DNA of 64,000 nt, from positions 96,001 through 160,000 of IMG/VR virus record IMGVR_UViG_3300047321_000298. One strand, 5' to 3'. The number at the start of each line of letters is the position of its first letter. Within the stretch, counting starts at the first letter, position 1. Made by a program: the position numbers and the translations under genes. Of this stretch, positions 1 through 9,405 are shown piece by piece. The notes beneath the pieces were generated by a model that saw nothing but the letters and a program-made list of their open reading frames with translations, was not told the DNA's origin and searched no databases. The stretch is from a virus (taxonomy: Duplodnaviria > Caudoviricetes).

Positions 1-196
1 TGGCTACTTTTTCCTGTGCAGCCAGCACGCCCAGGTTTTCGTTGAATGCCGAAATCGTGATGTCGATACCGGTATCCATCGAACGCGAGCGGTCTAGCAC
101 GTTGATTACGTGCACGATCTTTTCACCAGTGGACTGCGCTTTCTTCGCCTGCAACGTTTGCAGGATTTGTTCTTCTTCGGGGGTCAAGCCTGACAT
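1..196 (-). CDS. vWA-domain protein, N-terminal part (runs off left edge)
   Basis: Translated by hand, not in ORF track: ATG at 196 with GGAG RBS; MSGLTPEEEQILQ...VHVINVLDRSRSMDTGIDITISAFNE carries a vWA DxSxS MIDAS motif. Confidence 0.7.
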   Translation of the reverse strand, partial: MSGLTPEEEQILQTLQAKKAQSTGEKIVHVINVLDRSRSMDTGIDITISAFNENLGVLAAQEKVA

Positions 197-227
197 GCGT
201 TTCTCCGTTCTGTTAAGTTTCCGGGTC

Positions 228-497
228 TTACACTTGGCTATTTACTAGACCCTGAGCCAATTCGTGAAAGTTAATTCTCACGACCTCTCGAAAGTTGTAG
301 GACGTGGTTGAGAGCGCGACGAAGCAGCGTAGGGCGCTCGCCGCTGACCCGGGGACTGTGAAGCGTGGATCGTTGGACCAGCGCTGCAGGGTCCGCTGAC
401 TCACGCCCAAGAGTGACGCGACTTCACGCTTTGTCAGATTCAGATGCTTGACGATCAGGTGCATCTCCGCACCCGTCATTTCCGTGTTGCTGCTCAT
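228..497 (-). CDS. XRE-like HTH DNA-binding protein
   Basis: LNLTKREVASLLGVSQRTLQRWS is an HTH pattern; GGAGA RBS. Confidence 0.75.
   Translation of the reverse strand: MSSNTEMTGAEMHLIVKHLNLTKREVASLLGVSQRTLQRWSNDPRFTVPGSAASALRCFVALSTTSYNFREVVRINFHELAQGLVNSQV
239..246 (-). promoter_or_regulatory. AGTAAATA box (putative late promoter)
   Basis: Exact motif, 43 nt upstream of the vWA ATG. Confidence 0.55.
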
Positions 498-789
498 CTA
501 ATTCTCCCAACTGTTCTGCGTACTGCACTAACCGTCTACGCTCTTCGAGAGTAAGCCTTTCACCCTTGAACCAAGCATGACGACGAGTATTGCCGCAACC
601 AGAACATGAACATAGCTGAGGCGTATGTACGACCATACCCAACTGCTTAGCTTCCATCGGCTCACGCGCGACAGGAGCAGCATCAACACCGAGTGGATAA
701 GTCCTACGAGGATAACCCCAGTAATTACGGCGATTACGTTTGAGTCGCTGCACATGATGGCGGCGTTCCGCGCGATTTGAGACTCGCAT
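424..789 (-). CDS. hypothetical phage protein (basic N-terminus, CSCxxC motif)
   Basis: 121-aa ORF in the minus-strand gene run; overlaps next gene by 74 nt. Confidence 0.65.
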   Translation of the reverse strand: MRVSNRAERRHHVQRLKRNRRNYWGYPRRTYPLGVDAAPVAREPMEAKQLGMVVHTPQLCSCSGCGNTRRHAWFKGERLTLEERRRLVQYAEQLGELDEQQHGNDGCGDAPDRQASESDKA

Positions 790-918
790 TTTGCTTCTCC
801 AACCGTGCCCCCTGCGGTGGACCCGCAGACCCAGAGCACGGCGTGAAGAAAGCTCCGTACTGTCTAAATGAGTTCATCTCTACTATTCCTTTTTGTGAGC
901 GGGGTGGGCTATCCGCAC

Positions 919-1386
919 TTAAATTACTGTGAAGTCGTCATTCGACTCAAGTGCAGCGACGAGACCTTCCACGGATTCAGGAGGTACTATCTTGAGTTTG
1001 CGGAACTCCGCAAACGCCAGACGTTGAGCATTGCGGGCCGATGCCGCACGATGGTTGTAAATGTCCTCTTGGCGGCTCTTACGCAGGAGGAACGACTCCA
1101 GGGCTTCAGCCATTGTCGGGAGTGCGTAACGCTTGCGCGCGGTCAGCAATACGAATCTCTTCTCACCGAATCCCATGGAGAGCCACACGCCTTTGGGTGT
1201 ACGCTTGATCACAGGATACGTCCGATGTACGAGTTTGTGGGTACCCACGCCTATCGGGTCATCGAACTCGTCTAGCATGGGAGCGTAGTGTTGATCGTCA
1301 TAGCGATGGAACACTTCATTAGTTTCGTTCGTGTGCTCGGTGTGGGGTGAGGCAAACGACGGAGCCTCAACAATTTTCACGCTCAT
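919..1386 (-). CDS. hypothetical protein
   Basis: 155-aa ORF in the minus-strand run. Confidence 0.7.
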   Translation of the reverse strand: MSVKIVEAPSFASPHTEHTNETNEVFHRYDDQHYAPMLDEFDDPIGVGTHKLVHRTYPVIKRTPKGVWLSMGFGEKRFVLLTARKRYALPTMAEALESFLLRKSRQEDIYNHRAASARNAQRLAFAEFRKLKIVPPESVEGLVAALESNDDFTVI

Positions 1387-1394
1387 TTATAGAC

Positions 1395-1829
1395 CTACCT
1401 GTCGTAGTATTGTTCTAGCGTCAGCCCGAAATATTTGCTATCTGATTCGAACCGCGAACCAACGATCACGTAGCTACCGCAAGTTTCGTCCACCGTATCA
1501 GACGAGTCGTCAAGAATCGCATCGGTCTGGAACGCGCGTAGCTTTTCAACGAACGCGCGCCAGTAGGTTTCGTGCGGATAGCCGTCGCTCGAACGCAATA
1601 TCTCGTCGCTGAGGTTGAGCACGCGGTTGCCATCGTTATCAGTATCGAGAACAAGAGACCATTTATTCAGGAACACGATTTCTTTGCGGGTATGACTCAC
1701 CGCGTAGTAGAGAACACCCATGAATTTCTCCGGTTGAGTCGGGAGAGTGCAGGAATCGAACGCTGCATCTTTTGCCCAGGCGTAGGCAACTGTAAAGGCC
1801 ACTCCACTACCTCTCCCCAAGTCAGGCAA
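1395..1829 (-). CDS. hypothetical protein
   Basis: 144-aa ORF abutting next gene; start uncertain. Confidence 0.6.
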   Translation of the reverse strand: MPDLGRGSGVAFTVAYAWAKDAAFDSCTLPTQPEKFMGVLYYAVSHTRKEIVFLNKWSLVLDTDNDGNRVLNLSDEILRSSDGYPHETYWRAFVEKLRAFQTDAILDDSSDTVDETCGSYVIVGSRFESDSKYFGLTLEQYYDR

Positions 1830-1944
1830 CGCACCGCTTTGAATCCATGGTAGCGAACGGCTTGCGCCGCACGATATGCGACCCGTGGTTTATCAAAAAG
1901 GTTAAGAAAGTAACGGTGCGCTGTTCATTCCTGACAATTCGTAT

Positions 1945-2334
1945 TTACTGGAGCCCAGCGGATTTCTCTGAAACTATTTGCAGATTGGCGTCGCTTGCCC
2001 CCGCAAGATACCGGCGAGAGACGAGGCTGACCGGGTTGGTAAGTGACGGCGTAATGATCACCACCCAAAATGATTTCGTGAGTTTCAGCGTGTCCAATAA
2101 CTCGAAATTGCCCTTGCCGTCATATTTGCGATCACGCTCGTAGGAGGCGATCATCCCGGTACTAAGGTTGTGGATTTTCAAATCGGGATGTTTCTCCTGA
2201 TAAGCAGCACACAGTGCGCCAATCTCGGAGTCAGCGCGTTCCGCCGATTCCCTATCCACAGCGCGCAGAACAATCGCTTCGAACCCTTCCTTGAACTCCA
2301 GGTGTCCTAGCATAAACTCACGGTTCGCTGACAT
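1945..2334 (-). CDS. hypothetical protein
   Basis: 129-aa ORF, start overlaps upstream stop. Confidence 0.7.
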   Translation of the reverse strand: MSANREFMLGHLEFKEGFEAIVLRAVDRESAERADSEIGALCAAYQEKHPDLKIHNLSTGMIASYERDRKYDGKGNFELLDTLKLTKSFWVVIITPSLTNPVSLVSRRYLAGASDANLQIVSEKSAGLQ

Positions 2335-2870
2335 CAGATCGTGCCCTCGGATTCGACGGCCGATGCGCGACGCGATTTCACGTCTGCCTCGAACTCAGCG
2401 AGTTGCAGATAGTTCTGCGGACCGCGCACGGGGAACCGGCCGATTTCGATTCCGTTGTCGGACATGTACAGCACGTCCTCTGTCCGGTTGTGCCACCACT
2501 GGTAGAGGTGCGTTTCGCGCGGAATTACCCCACCGTCTGCTGACTTGCCTTCTTCGTCCTGTGCGAACGAAAGTTGGTAGCGAAGAGCCACGTCTACGCC
2601 ACGAAGGTCGTAGCCCTGCTGGAACCCTTCCAGCAAAACCAGATCGCGCATATGCTCTTCGATCCAGTGAATCGGGTTCGAGCCCTTGAAGTGAAGCGAG
2701 CGCGCTTCGAGTTCGGACAGCGGGTAATGACGGAAGACTTTGAACTGCGCATCCTGTGCGCTCGGTGCCTCGCCGTGGAACGGCAGGCGGAAGCATGTGC
2801 CTTTTGCGTACACGTTCAGGCGGTTGTTCTCGAAGCTGAGGGAGAGGTTGATGGTGAGGCTGTTGTTCAT
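2334..2870 (-). CDS. hypothetical protein
   Basis: 178-aa ORF, translationally coupled. Confidence 0.75.
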   Translation of the reverse strand: MNNSLTINLSLSFENNRLNVYAKGTCFRLPFHGEAPSAQDAQFKVFRHYPLSELEARSLHFKGSNPIHWIEEHMRDLVLLEGFQQGYDLRGVDVALRYQLSFAQDEEGKSADGGVIPRETHLYQWWHNRTEDVLYMSDNGIEIGRFPVRGPQNYLQLAEFEADVKSRRASAVESEGTI

Positions 2871-3232
2871 TTCTTTTCCTTCGGTGGTGGTAACTGGATA
2901 CCTTTACTTTCGACCTGGTTGAATTCCGTCTTGCCTAGCACACCCGCATAATCCTCAACGTCTTCAACCTGCTGATGTGTGAACGCCAAAATCTCCACGT
3001 GACGCCAAGCGCTCTGTATCTGATGGATGGGTGCCGTCTCCATCAGCGAAAATGACATTTGCAGGAAATTCCGGAGCTTCGCTAGGTCCTCAATCGAGAC
3101 CGTGCCCTTTTCGATGTCGCGCATCACGCGCATCACGTTGGTCCGGTAAGTCTTGATGTAGGTGGCGTGATTGACGATCTGGCCGTTCTCGGCTTGACTC
3201 AACTTCTTTTGTGACTTCTTCGCTGCTGTCAT
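2867..3232 (-). CDS. hypothetical protein
   Basis: ORF 2867-3298; ATG at 3232 avoids overlap with the upstream gene. Confidence 0.7.
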   Translation of the reverse strand: MTAAKKSQKKLSQAENGQIVNHATYIKTYRTNVMRVMRDIEKGTVSIEDLAKLRNFLQMSFSLMETAPIHQIQSAWRHVEILAFTHQQVEDVEDYAGVLGKTEFNQVESKGIQLPPPKEKK

Positions 3233-3242
3233 TGTCAGGCTC

Positions 3243-3542
3243 TTAGCTCGTGCTCTTAAACGGCGTAACGACAGCGGCATAGCCCGACACGAACTCACCG
3301 TACTGTTCGTACGTCATGGGCAGTCGGGTCTGGACTCGCGACGCGGTGTTTTCGATCACGACAATCACACCTCTGGCAATCGGATCGACCCCGGCGTCAG
3401 CGTCTTCTCGCCAGATTTTCAGACGCGCTGGCTTCGAAGGCTCCACGTGCTTCGGTTTAACCTTCTTGCCTGTTTGCAATTTTTCGTTGGTTTGTTCCCG
3501 GATGATCGCGGGAAGCAGGGGAGACTTCGAGCCCGTTCTCAT
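3243..3542 (-). CDS. hypothetical protein
   Basis: 99-aa ORF, TAATG coupling to upstream gene. Confidence 0.65.
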   Translation of the reverse strand: MRTGSKSPLLPAIIREQTNEKLQTGKKVKPKHVEPSKPARLKIWREDADAGVDPIARGVIVVIENTASRVQTRLPMTYEQYGEFVSGYAAVVTPFKSTS

Positions 3543-4336
3543 TACTGACCTTCGACTTGCGGTGCGTTCTCTACGGCGGTCTCTTCAGGCTGCACGTACT
3601 CTTCGACATCAACCGTGTGGACAGGCGGCACCGACAGGTAGTTGACGTACACATCTGACAGTGCGCGCCAGACTTTGCCGTCCGTCGAATCAACGAAATG
3701 GAACACATCGCCCTCGTTGAGTTCGGTGAAGATCACTGGTTCACGCGGCGCACCGTCTTCGACGTGCTTAATGATCCACTGGACCGGATCAGACACGGCA
3801 GGGAGCTTCGAGCGCAGCGATTTAACCAGACTCAGGAAGAGGGCGCTCTTCGTTTGCTGATCGGCGGGCAAATCTGCGAAGGGCACCAAATCCGGATGCT
3901 CCTTCAGTTCGGCGTTTTCTTCAGGGCCGTATTTCCAACCGTCCTTGATGAGAGCCTCCAGCCAGGTCTGGTGATTTTGCTCCGGAGTCGGATCGTAGCG
4001 GAGCGCCGAAATCACAGCGCGGATCACGTCGCTGCGGACTTCAATCGATGATCCATGCCAGTGTGCCGAGTGCTCGCCAAGGGCGTTGCTGTAGTCGGCA
4101 GTCGTGTCGAAGGCGATGCGCGCGATGTCTTCCACGCTGAACAGCGGGTAGACGTAGACACCCGAAATTTGTGCCGCGTCTTCGATCTGAATGTTGTGAA
4201 TCGTCACGTCCGAAGGCGTCACGAAAATCGAATCTTTCTGATCGTTGTGGACCAGTGCCGCGATCTGCTCACCGACCTTTTGTTGTTGAGCAGGGGCCAT
4301 CGACGCGGGCACCTGGATGTGGATGATACGTTTCAT
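3542..4336 (-). CDS. RyR (ryanodine receptor repeat) domain protein
   Basis: HQTWLEALIKDGWKYGPEENAELKEHPDLVPFADLPADQQTKSALF matches the RyR-repeat pattern H..W....GW.YG.......K.HP.LVP...L; GGAG RBS. Confidence 0.8.
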   Translation of the reverse strand: MKRIIHIQVPASMAPAQQQKVGEQIAALVHNDQKDSIFVTPSDVTIHNIQIEDAAQISGVYVYPLFSVEDIARIAFDTTADYSNALGEHSAHWHGSSIEVRSDVIRAVISALRYDPTPEQNHQTWLEALIKDGWKYGPEENAELKEHPDLVPFADLPADQQTKSALFLSLVKSLRSKLPAVSDPVQWIIKHVEDGAPREPVIFTELNEGDVFHFVDSTDGKVWRALSDVYVNYLSVPPVHTVDVEEYVQPEETAVENAPQVEGQ

Positions 4337-4369
4337 TCAATTCTCCAATAGATAAGTGTGTTCCACTTT

Positions 4370-6544
4370 TTATTTACTAGAGGTGTTGTAGTACGCCTGA
4401 AAGTGCGCGTCGAGTGTTGAGCGTTCAACCTTCCATTGCGTCTTGATCGCTTCGAAGTCTGCTTCGAGTTTTGGCACCCGTTCAGAGTTTTCGCGGCGTG
4501 CCCGGGCAAGTGCTGCGCTCAGGGATTTGTACTTGCGATAGATTTCCGAGTGCTGCTTGTAATACGCGTCGCGCGCCATATTGCGGGCGCGCACATCTAC
4601 GCGATCCTTGTACGCGCGTTCCTTGATTCGAACTGACGGCCGCTCTCTACGTTTGCGCTGTCGAGCCTTCGCATCTTCATCAACCAGGTGGTACGTCACG
4701 TCCTTCAGCGGAATTCCGAAGTGTGAGGGTGGGACTAATTTCGGTAGCATCCCAAGCTGTGCACGCACCTTCATCGCGAGCTTCTTCTCTGTCACGATCA
4801 ACAGAGGTTCGACCGTTGACCGCGTATCCCGAATTGCGCAACGCGTGAGCGACTGTATGCACTGATCGAGCGTGTGATCTAGGTCCGCGTTATATAGCGG
4901 GCAGAGTTGCGCGAACAATTCCTTCACTTCAGGTGCCGCGTTCAGCGTCGCAAGAAATGCGATTGTCGGATGCCTCAGAAATCTGTTGAGCCCGTGGCTT
5001 TGCATCGGAAGCTCACGAACCTTCGCTCCGAACATCGGTTTAATCTCTGTCGCGAAATATCGCATCTCACGATTCTGGATGCCGCGATCACCAACGTTCA
5101 CGGTGACCGGTACAGGCAGAATCTCGTAGCCCTTTTCGCGCTGCCATTTGCGACTCATGTAGGAAGCGCATCGCACGTACCACTGGAGCGGAGTGTTGTC
5201 GCCCACGAGCCCGGGAAGCTTGCGCAGATGCTTTACGATCTGTTTGTCGATTGGCTGCGGGTCGGGAAATCCGGATTCAACGTAGCGCGATGCGACGCGC
5301 AGGGGCAGAAGCTTTCCGCCAGTCTCGGTCTTGCGTTCGAGCACCAACTGACGATACGTAGAGAAGAAATCGGACAGATCGAAATCAGACTTCGGGCTGA
5401 ACACAGAACTGTCGATCATCACGCCGGACTTCAAATGGTTCTGCGCAAACTCAGAATACGTACTCACGTAGGTAATCGAAGTCTTCGCGTAGCGGGCCAT
5501 CACTTTCTGTACACGCTTCGGGTTGACGATTTCGTCCGTCGCGTTCTTCAGCATGATGTACGAGTGATCACCCTCGAACGTGGCACGCGCTAAACGTTGA
5601 CGAAATTCCTTCGCGCTTTCGTCTGAGCTTCTGCTCGATACATCGCGCGTGCGTAGAAGGTGATACATCTGCGAGTTCTCGAAGAACGCAGAGAGCAGCG
5701 TGCACTCTTTCCAACCGAAGAAAATCTGGTACGGGACCAACAGCACCTGCATGCGTATGGTCATCAACTCGTCGTCATCCTCTTCATCGTCACGAATCGA
5801 AATTTTTCCGTACAGGTGAACCGACTCGTCGTCCACTGTCTGAAGAAGGTTGAGCAGACGTTCGCGCAGTTTCCGCAAACCCTTGTTGTCACCGAACAGA
5901 GCATCGAATTCTGCGGTGTCCAGTTTCTTGCGCGGCCGAAGTCTTGAATACGATTCGGGGGTTGAGGGAGTGAAGTCCAGGAAGCGTGTGTTGATCGCGT
6001 TCGCCAGAGAGAAGGGCATCTTGAAATCGTACTTCGACACGTTGCACTTGCGCGCCTCATCAAAGATCACGGAAATTTCGGCACGTCTCTCGAATTTCGG
6101 ATTGCCGTCCTGATCGTAACCATGGGGCAGGTTCGATACGAACGTAGCGTGCGTGATCAGGAACACTGAACCGCTCTTCATCTGCTGTGTTGGCAATCCG
6201 TACTGATCCGATGTTCCGTCGAGAGCCGTCCGAATCTGATTTCCTGTTCGATCACCCGTTCCCGACAGGATCAGCTTCACCTGATTTTTCATCTGCTGAG
6301 GTGTTAGCTCGCGTTCGAGGACCGTATGAACTTCGCGCAATAACTGGTGAGTGGGTGCAACGTAAAACGTGATTCCTGATTTTCCTTGTACGCGTTGAAT
6401 CAGTTGTTTGATCGCCCAGAGAGTCTTGCCTGTGCCTGGGAGGACGGATGCGTACCGGACAACGGACGCCCGCTGTTGCAAAAGTTTGAGGTCGGAAGCC
6501 ATGAATCGAGGTGCCTGATAGAAGCGTAAATACGGCGTTAGCAT
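4370..6544 (-). CDS. superfamily 2 helicase-like protein
   Basis: Walker A LPGTGKT, motif Ia YVAPTHQL, Ib ITHATF, Walker B IFDEAR, III LLSA, VI-like QSLTRCAIRD. Confidence 0.8.
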   Translation of the reverse strand: MLTPYLRFYQAPRFMASDLKLLQQRASVVRYASVLPGTGKTLWAIKQLIQRVQGKSGITFYVAPTHQLLREVHTVLERELTPQQMKNQVKLILSGTGDRTGNQIRTALDGTSDQYGLPTQQMKSGSVFLITHATFVSNLPHGYDQDGNPKFERRAEISVIFDEARKCNVSKYDFKMPFSLANAINTRFLDFTPSTPESYSRLRPRKKLDTAEFDALFGDNKGLRKLRERLLNLLQTVDDESVHLYGKISIRDDEEDDDELMTIRMQVLLVPYQIFFGWKECTLLSAFFENSQMYHLLRTRDVSSRSSDESAKEFRQRLARATFEGDHSYIMLKNATDEIVNPKRVQKVMARYAKTSITYVSTYSEFAQNHLKSGVMIDSSVFSPKSDFDLSDFFSTYRQLVLERKTETGGKLLPLRVASRYVESGFPDPQPIDKQIVKHLRKLPGLVGDNTPLQWYVRCASYMSRKWQREKGYEILPVPVTVNVGDRGIQNREMRYFATEIKPMFGAKVRELPMQSHGLNRFLRHPTIAFLATLNAAPEVKELFAQLCPLYNADLDHTLDQCIQSLTRCAIRDTRSTVEPLLIVTEKKLAMKVRAQLGMLPKLVPPSHFGIPLKDVTYHLVDEDAKARQRKRRERPSVRIKERAYKDRVDVRARNMARDAYYKQHSEIYRKYKSLSAALARARRENSERVPKLEADFEAIKTQWKVERSTLDAHFQAYYNTSSK
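4371..4378 (-). promoter_or_regulatory. AGTAAATA box
   Basis: Upstream of RyR-domain gene. Confidence 0.55.
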
Positions 6545-6559
6545 GATGCCTACACTTTC

Positions 6560-6567
6560 TATTTACT
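6560..6567 (-). promoter_or_regulatory. AGTAAATA box
   Basis: Upstream of helicase-like gene. Confidence 0.55.
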
Positions 6568-7013
6568 GCTCGAATGTTAGAAGCGTCACGGTGGACTTTA
6601 TATATACAAACGAATCTAACATCGTGCTACGCACAACCTTCAGAAAGTGTTTGAGGTCATGAACGCGTGATAGTCCCTAGATCGAGCAAAGAGCAAAGAG
6701 AATTCGAACCGCAGGAGCGAAGCGACGCGGAATGAGGTGGAGCGGAGCGAACACCTCTCATCGAGGAAGCAGGGACCTTTCTTGCTTTCTGGATTCGATG
6801 AGAAAGTGTGCAACTGAGCACTTCGGCGCATGCGCGCCTTCGCGCTCTATTCCGTGCACAGAGTCAACGCTCCGCGTTTGTGAATTCCTCTTTCCCTTTT
6901 CTCTCCGATCCCCTGTTGACCCACGACGCGTCAGGAATCGAAGGGCACGTCAGGAGCTTCGCTAACGCCGTTTTCACGCTTCTACCCGCGCTCTCGTATA
7001 TGTATTACGCGCG

Positions 7014-7021
7014 AGTAAATA
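7014..7021 (+). promoter_or_regulatory. AGTAAATA box
   Basis: Upstream of ORF 7070. Confidence 0.55.
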
Positions 7022-7069
7022 AAAGGATGAGAAGGTCCGTCTTCATCATTCATCTTTATAGGTACGCAA

Positions 7070-7900
7070 ATGAATCACGTATTGAAATACATACACGGCG
7101 TTGACACGCTGGAGTACGAAATCCCCTGTCCCGGTATGTACTGGGCGGATCGCACTACTCACCTGATGGTCAGGGTCGTGAAGTTCGAGGAAGCATCGCA
7201 AGATATGTTTCCGAAGTCTGCCGTTCACCTCGAAATTGTTCGTTCTCGCGTTCCGTTTTCGCTCACGGTTGAGGAATTGCGGAAGAATTACGTCCGTATT
7301 TCGACGCCCCCGTCAGAGAAGCCCTTTGCGTGGCTCCGGAAATTCTTCGAAAAGCGCCGGACCCTTTCCATCCGTGACCTCGAACGGACCCCGCAAGACA
7401 AGTTGGAGCATCTGTACGTAATGAACGGGTTGACTGTTGAATCGTTTATGAAGCATCGCACGTTCACCAAGATTCCGTTCCCGATTCCGAAACAGATCAT
7501 TCCGATACGGAAGCCCGAAGCTGGAGCCCGCTTCCTGTCGCTCTCAGTGTGGGAGTCATGGGCACCAGTTGATCTGCTAGAGCAGTACGACCCATCCACA
7601 ATTCTCGCCTCGAAAGAATTCCGGGATGCTGTCGCGGTCGGTAGCTTGTACGTACTTTCCGAGAAATACGCGAAGCGCTTGCTATCTAAGCAAGAGACGC
7701 AGGCAGAGATTGAGCGCCTGGCCCAAATGCAGCAATTCATCGCGAACTTCCAGCCGTCCTTTCGCGCCGTGGCTAACGGCCCGACCGACAACCAACCGGC
7801 GCACTATGCGGACCTCGAAGCGGACCACAACACCTCCGGTCCCAACACTTTGTCGAAGAACGTCGAAATCATGGGCGATTTCGGCCGTCATCTGTCCTGA
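7070..7900 (+). CDS. hypothetical protein
   Basis: 276-aa ORF, first gene of the + strand block. Confidence 0.75.
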   Translation: MNHVLKYIHGVDTLEYEIPCPGMYWADRTTHLMVRVVKFEEASQDMFPKSAVHLEIVRSRVPFSLTVEELRKNYVRISTPPSEKPFAWLRKFFEKRRTLSIRDLERTPQDKLEHLYVMNGLTVESFMKHRTFTKIPFPIPKQIIPIRKPEAGARFLSLSVWESWAPVDLLEQYDPSTILASKEFRDAVAVGSLYVLSEKYAKRLLSKQETQAEIERLAQMQQFIANFQPSFRAVANGPTDNQPAHYADLEADHNTSGPNTLSKNVEIMGDFGRHLS

Positions 7901-7907
7901 CGCAGCA

Positions 7908-7915
7908 AGTAAATA
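7908..7915 (+). promoter_or_regulatory. AGTAAATA box
   Basis: Upstream of Mre11-like gene. Confidence 0.55.
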
Positions 7916-7966
7916 AAAGTCGTGGGACGCGCGGCGCGTCCTTTGACTGATACAAGGGTGAAACAG

Positions 7967-8998
7967 ATGCAGGCAATCGGGATCGGGGATTTGCACTTAA
8001 CGGATATTGCGGGCACCGGAGGTCTGGCGAAATACATCGAGCAGCCAGACCTGATGGTTTGCAACGAAGTGCGGAACGTTTTGAAGTATGCAGAGAATCA
8101 TGGGATCACGGAAATCTTTCAGTACGGCGATGTTTGCCAGAATCCGCGCATGTCGTACGAAGCGATGCTCTCCCTGTTTGATCTGCTCACAGAGAACACG
8201 CAGTTCAACTTCCACATCATCGTAGGCAATCACGACATGTACGGGGAGACACCGCAAACCGGTCACTCTCTCCAGGTCCTGCAAAAGATGTTGATGGGCT
8301 ATGACCACGTACGAATCTACACCAAGCCTCGCACAATCAAATACGGGAAGGGTAGGGACGTTGGGGTTCGGTTTCTTCCGTATCCGTCCGAAGACTTCGA
8401 CACGTCTGCGCTCAACATCTTCCACAAGGAAGTGTACGGCTGCTCGAACGATGCGGGGCGCGTCCATAAGGATGACGGCCTTTCGAAGTCGAAAGCAGTC
8501 ACGTGTGCCGGACACATCCACACTGCGCACCGGGTGCGAAATACATATTACTCAGGCACGTTGTACCAGACGAACTTCGGTGAGCGTCTGCCCAAGTATT
8601 TTCACCACATCGAATTTAACAGCGCCAAGGATTACGAAATCCAGTTGATCGAGCACGCGCCGAAATTCAAGCTCCACAACGTCGTGTTGCAGACGCGCGA
8701 TGACCTTGCGCTGATCCCGAAATCGGAATTCGATCTGGTGAAGCTGGTGATCCAGGATGGCTGCGATGTGTCCGGCTCCGACTATGCGCACATGCAAAAC
8801 GTCGTTGAGCACAAGAACTTCAAGACGAAAGATGAACTGAAGGCCGTCCTTCTCGAAGACCTGACCGAAGGCAAGGAACTGAAGATCAAGACCGAAGAGT
8901 TCTTTCAGTCATGGGTGGAGTCTCTGGACGTTGAACCAGCAATGCGCGAGCGCGTTGTATCTGTGCGTGAACGTGTTCTTACCAAGGTGAAGTCATGA
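7967..8998 (+). CDS. Mre11/SbcD (T4 gp47)-like metallophosphoesterase nuclease
   Basis: GDLHL, GDV, GNHD, GHIH, YYSGTLYQTNFGE motifs. Confidence 0.85.
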   Translation: MQAIGIGDLHLTDIAGTGGLAKYIEQPDLMVCNEVRNVLKYAENHGITEIFQYGDVCQNPRMSYEAMLSLFDLLTENTQFNFHIIVGNHDMYGETPQTGHSLQVLQKMLMGYDHVRIYTKPRTIKYGKGRDVGVRFLPYPSEDFDTSALNIFHKEVYGCSNDAGRVHKDDGLSKSKAVTCAGHIHTAHRVRNTYYSGTLYQTNFGERLPKYFHHIEFNSAKDYEIQLIEHAPKFKLHNVVLQTRDDLALIPKSEFDLVKLVIQDGCDVSGSDYAHMQNVVEHKNFKTKDELKAVLLEDLTEGKELKIKTEEFFQSWVESLDVEPAMRERVVSVRERVLTKVKS

Positions 8999-9405
8999 GT
9001 CCGCTTCCGAAATCCCTTATGTTCCAGCAGCGGTCGCAATCATTCCTGTTACTCCACACCAACCCGGCTGACGCGCAGCCGCTAGCGGTTTCTTCTGTGC
9101 AGCACGCGCATGACCTGAATGTGTTCGGGGGGTTGAATGCGAAGGCCAATGAGTTCGCTTTTCTCTATCACTATCTCTTCGAATACATGGGTCCGATGAT
9201 TGTATGTGGTGTGGACAACGTAGGTCTGGCGCTCGATAGGTTCGGAGACACGATCAACGATTTCATCGCCATCAGCCAGTTGAGTGACGACCAGATTATC
9301 AATTGCGTTGCAGCGCTGGATAAAAGAAGAACAGGTGTTTTGCACCTGCTTCACCAGAAGCCCCCGGCCGCACCGCTCGTTGAATACCGGGAACTTAATC
9401 TATGA
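8995..9405 (+). CDS. hypothetical protein
   Basis: 136-aa ORF with ATGA coupling. Confidence 0.7.
   Translation: MSPLPKSLMFQQRSQSFLLLHTNPADAQPLAVSSVQHAHDLNVFGGLNAKANEFAFLYHYLFEYMGPMIVCGVDNVGLALDRFGDTINDFIAISQLSDDQIINCVAALDKRRTGVLHLLHQKPPAAPLVEYRELNL

Noticed and set aside
7967-8998. Complete SbcCD/gp46-47 operon
   Set aside because: No Rad50/SbcC ATPase is visible in the window; it may lie elsewhere in the genome.
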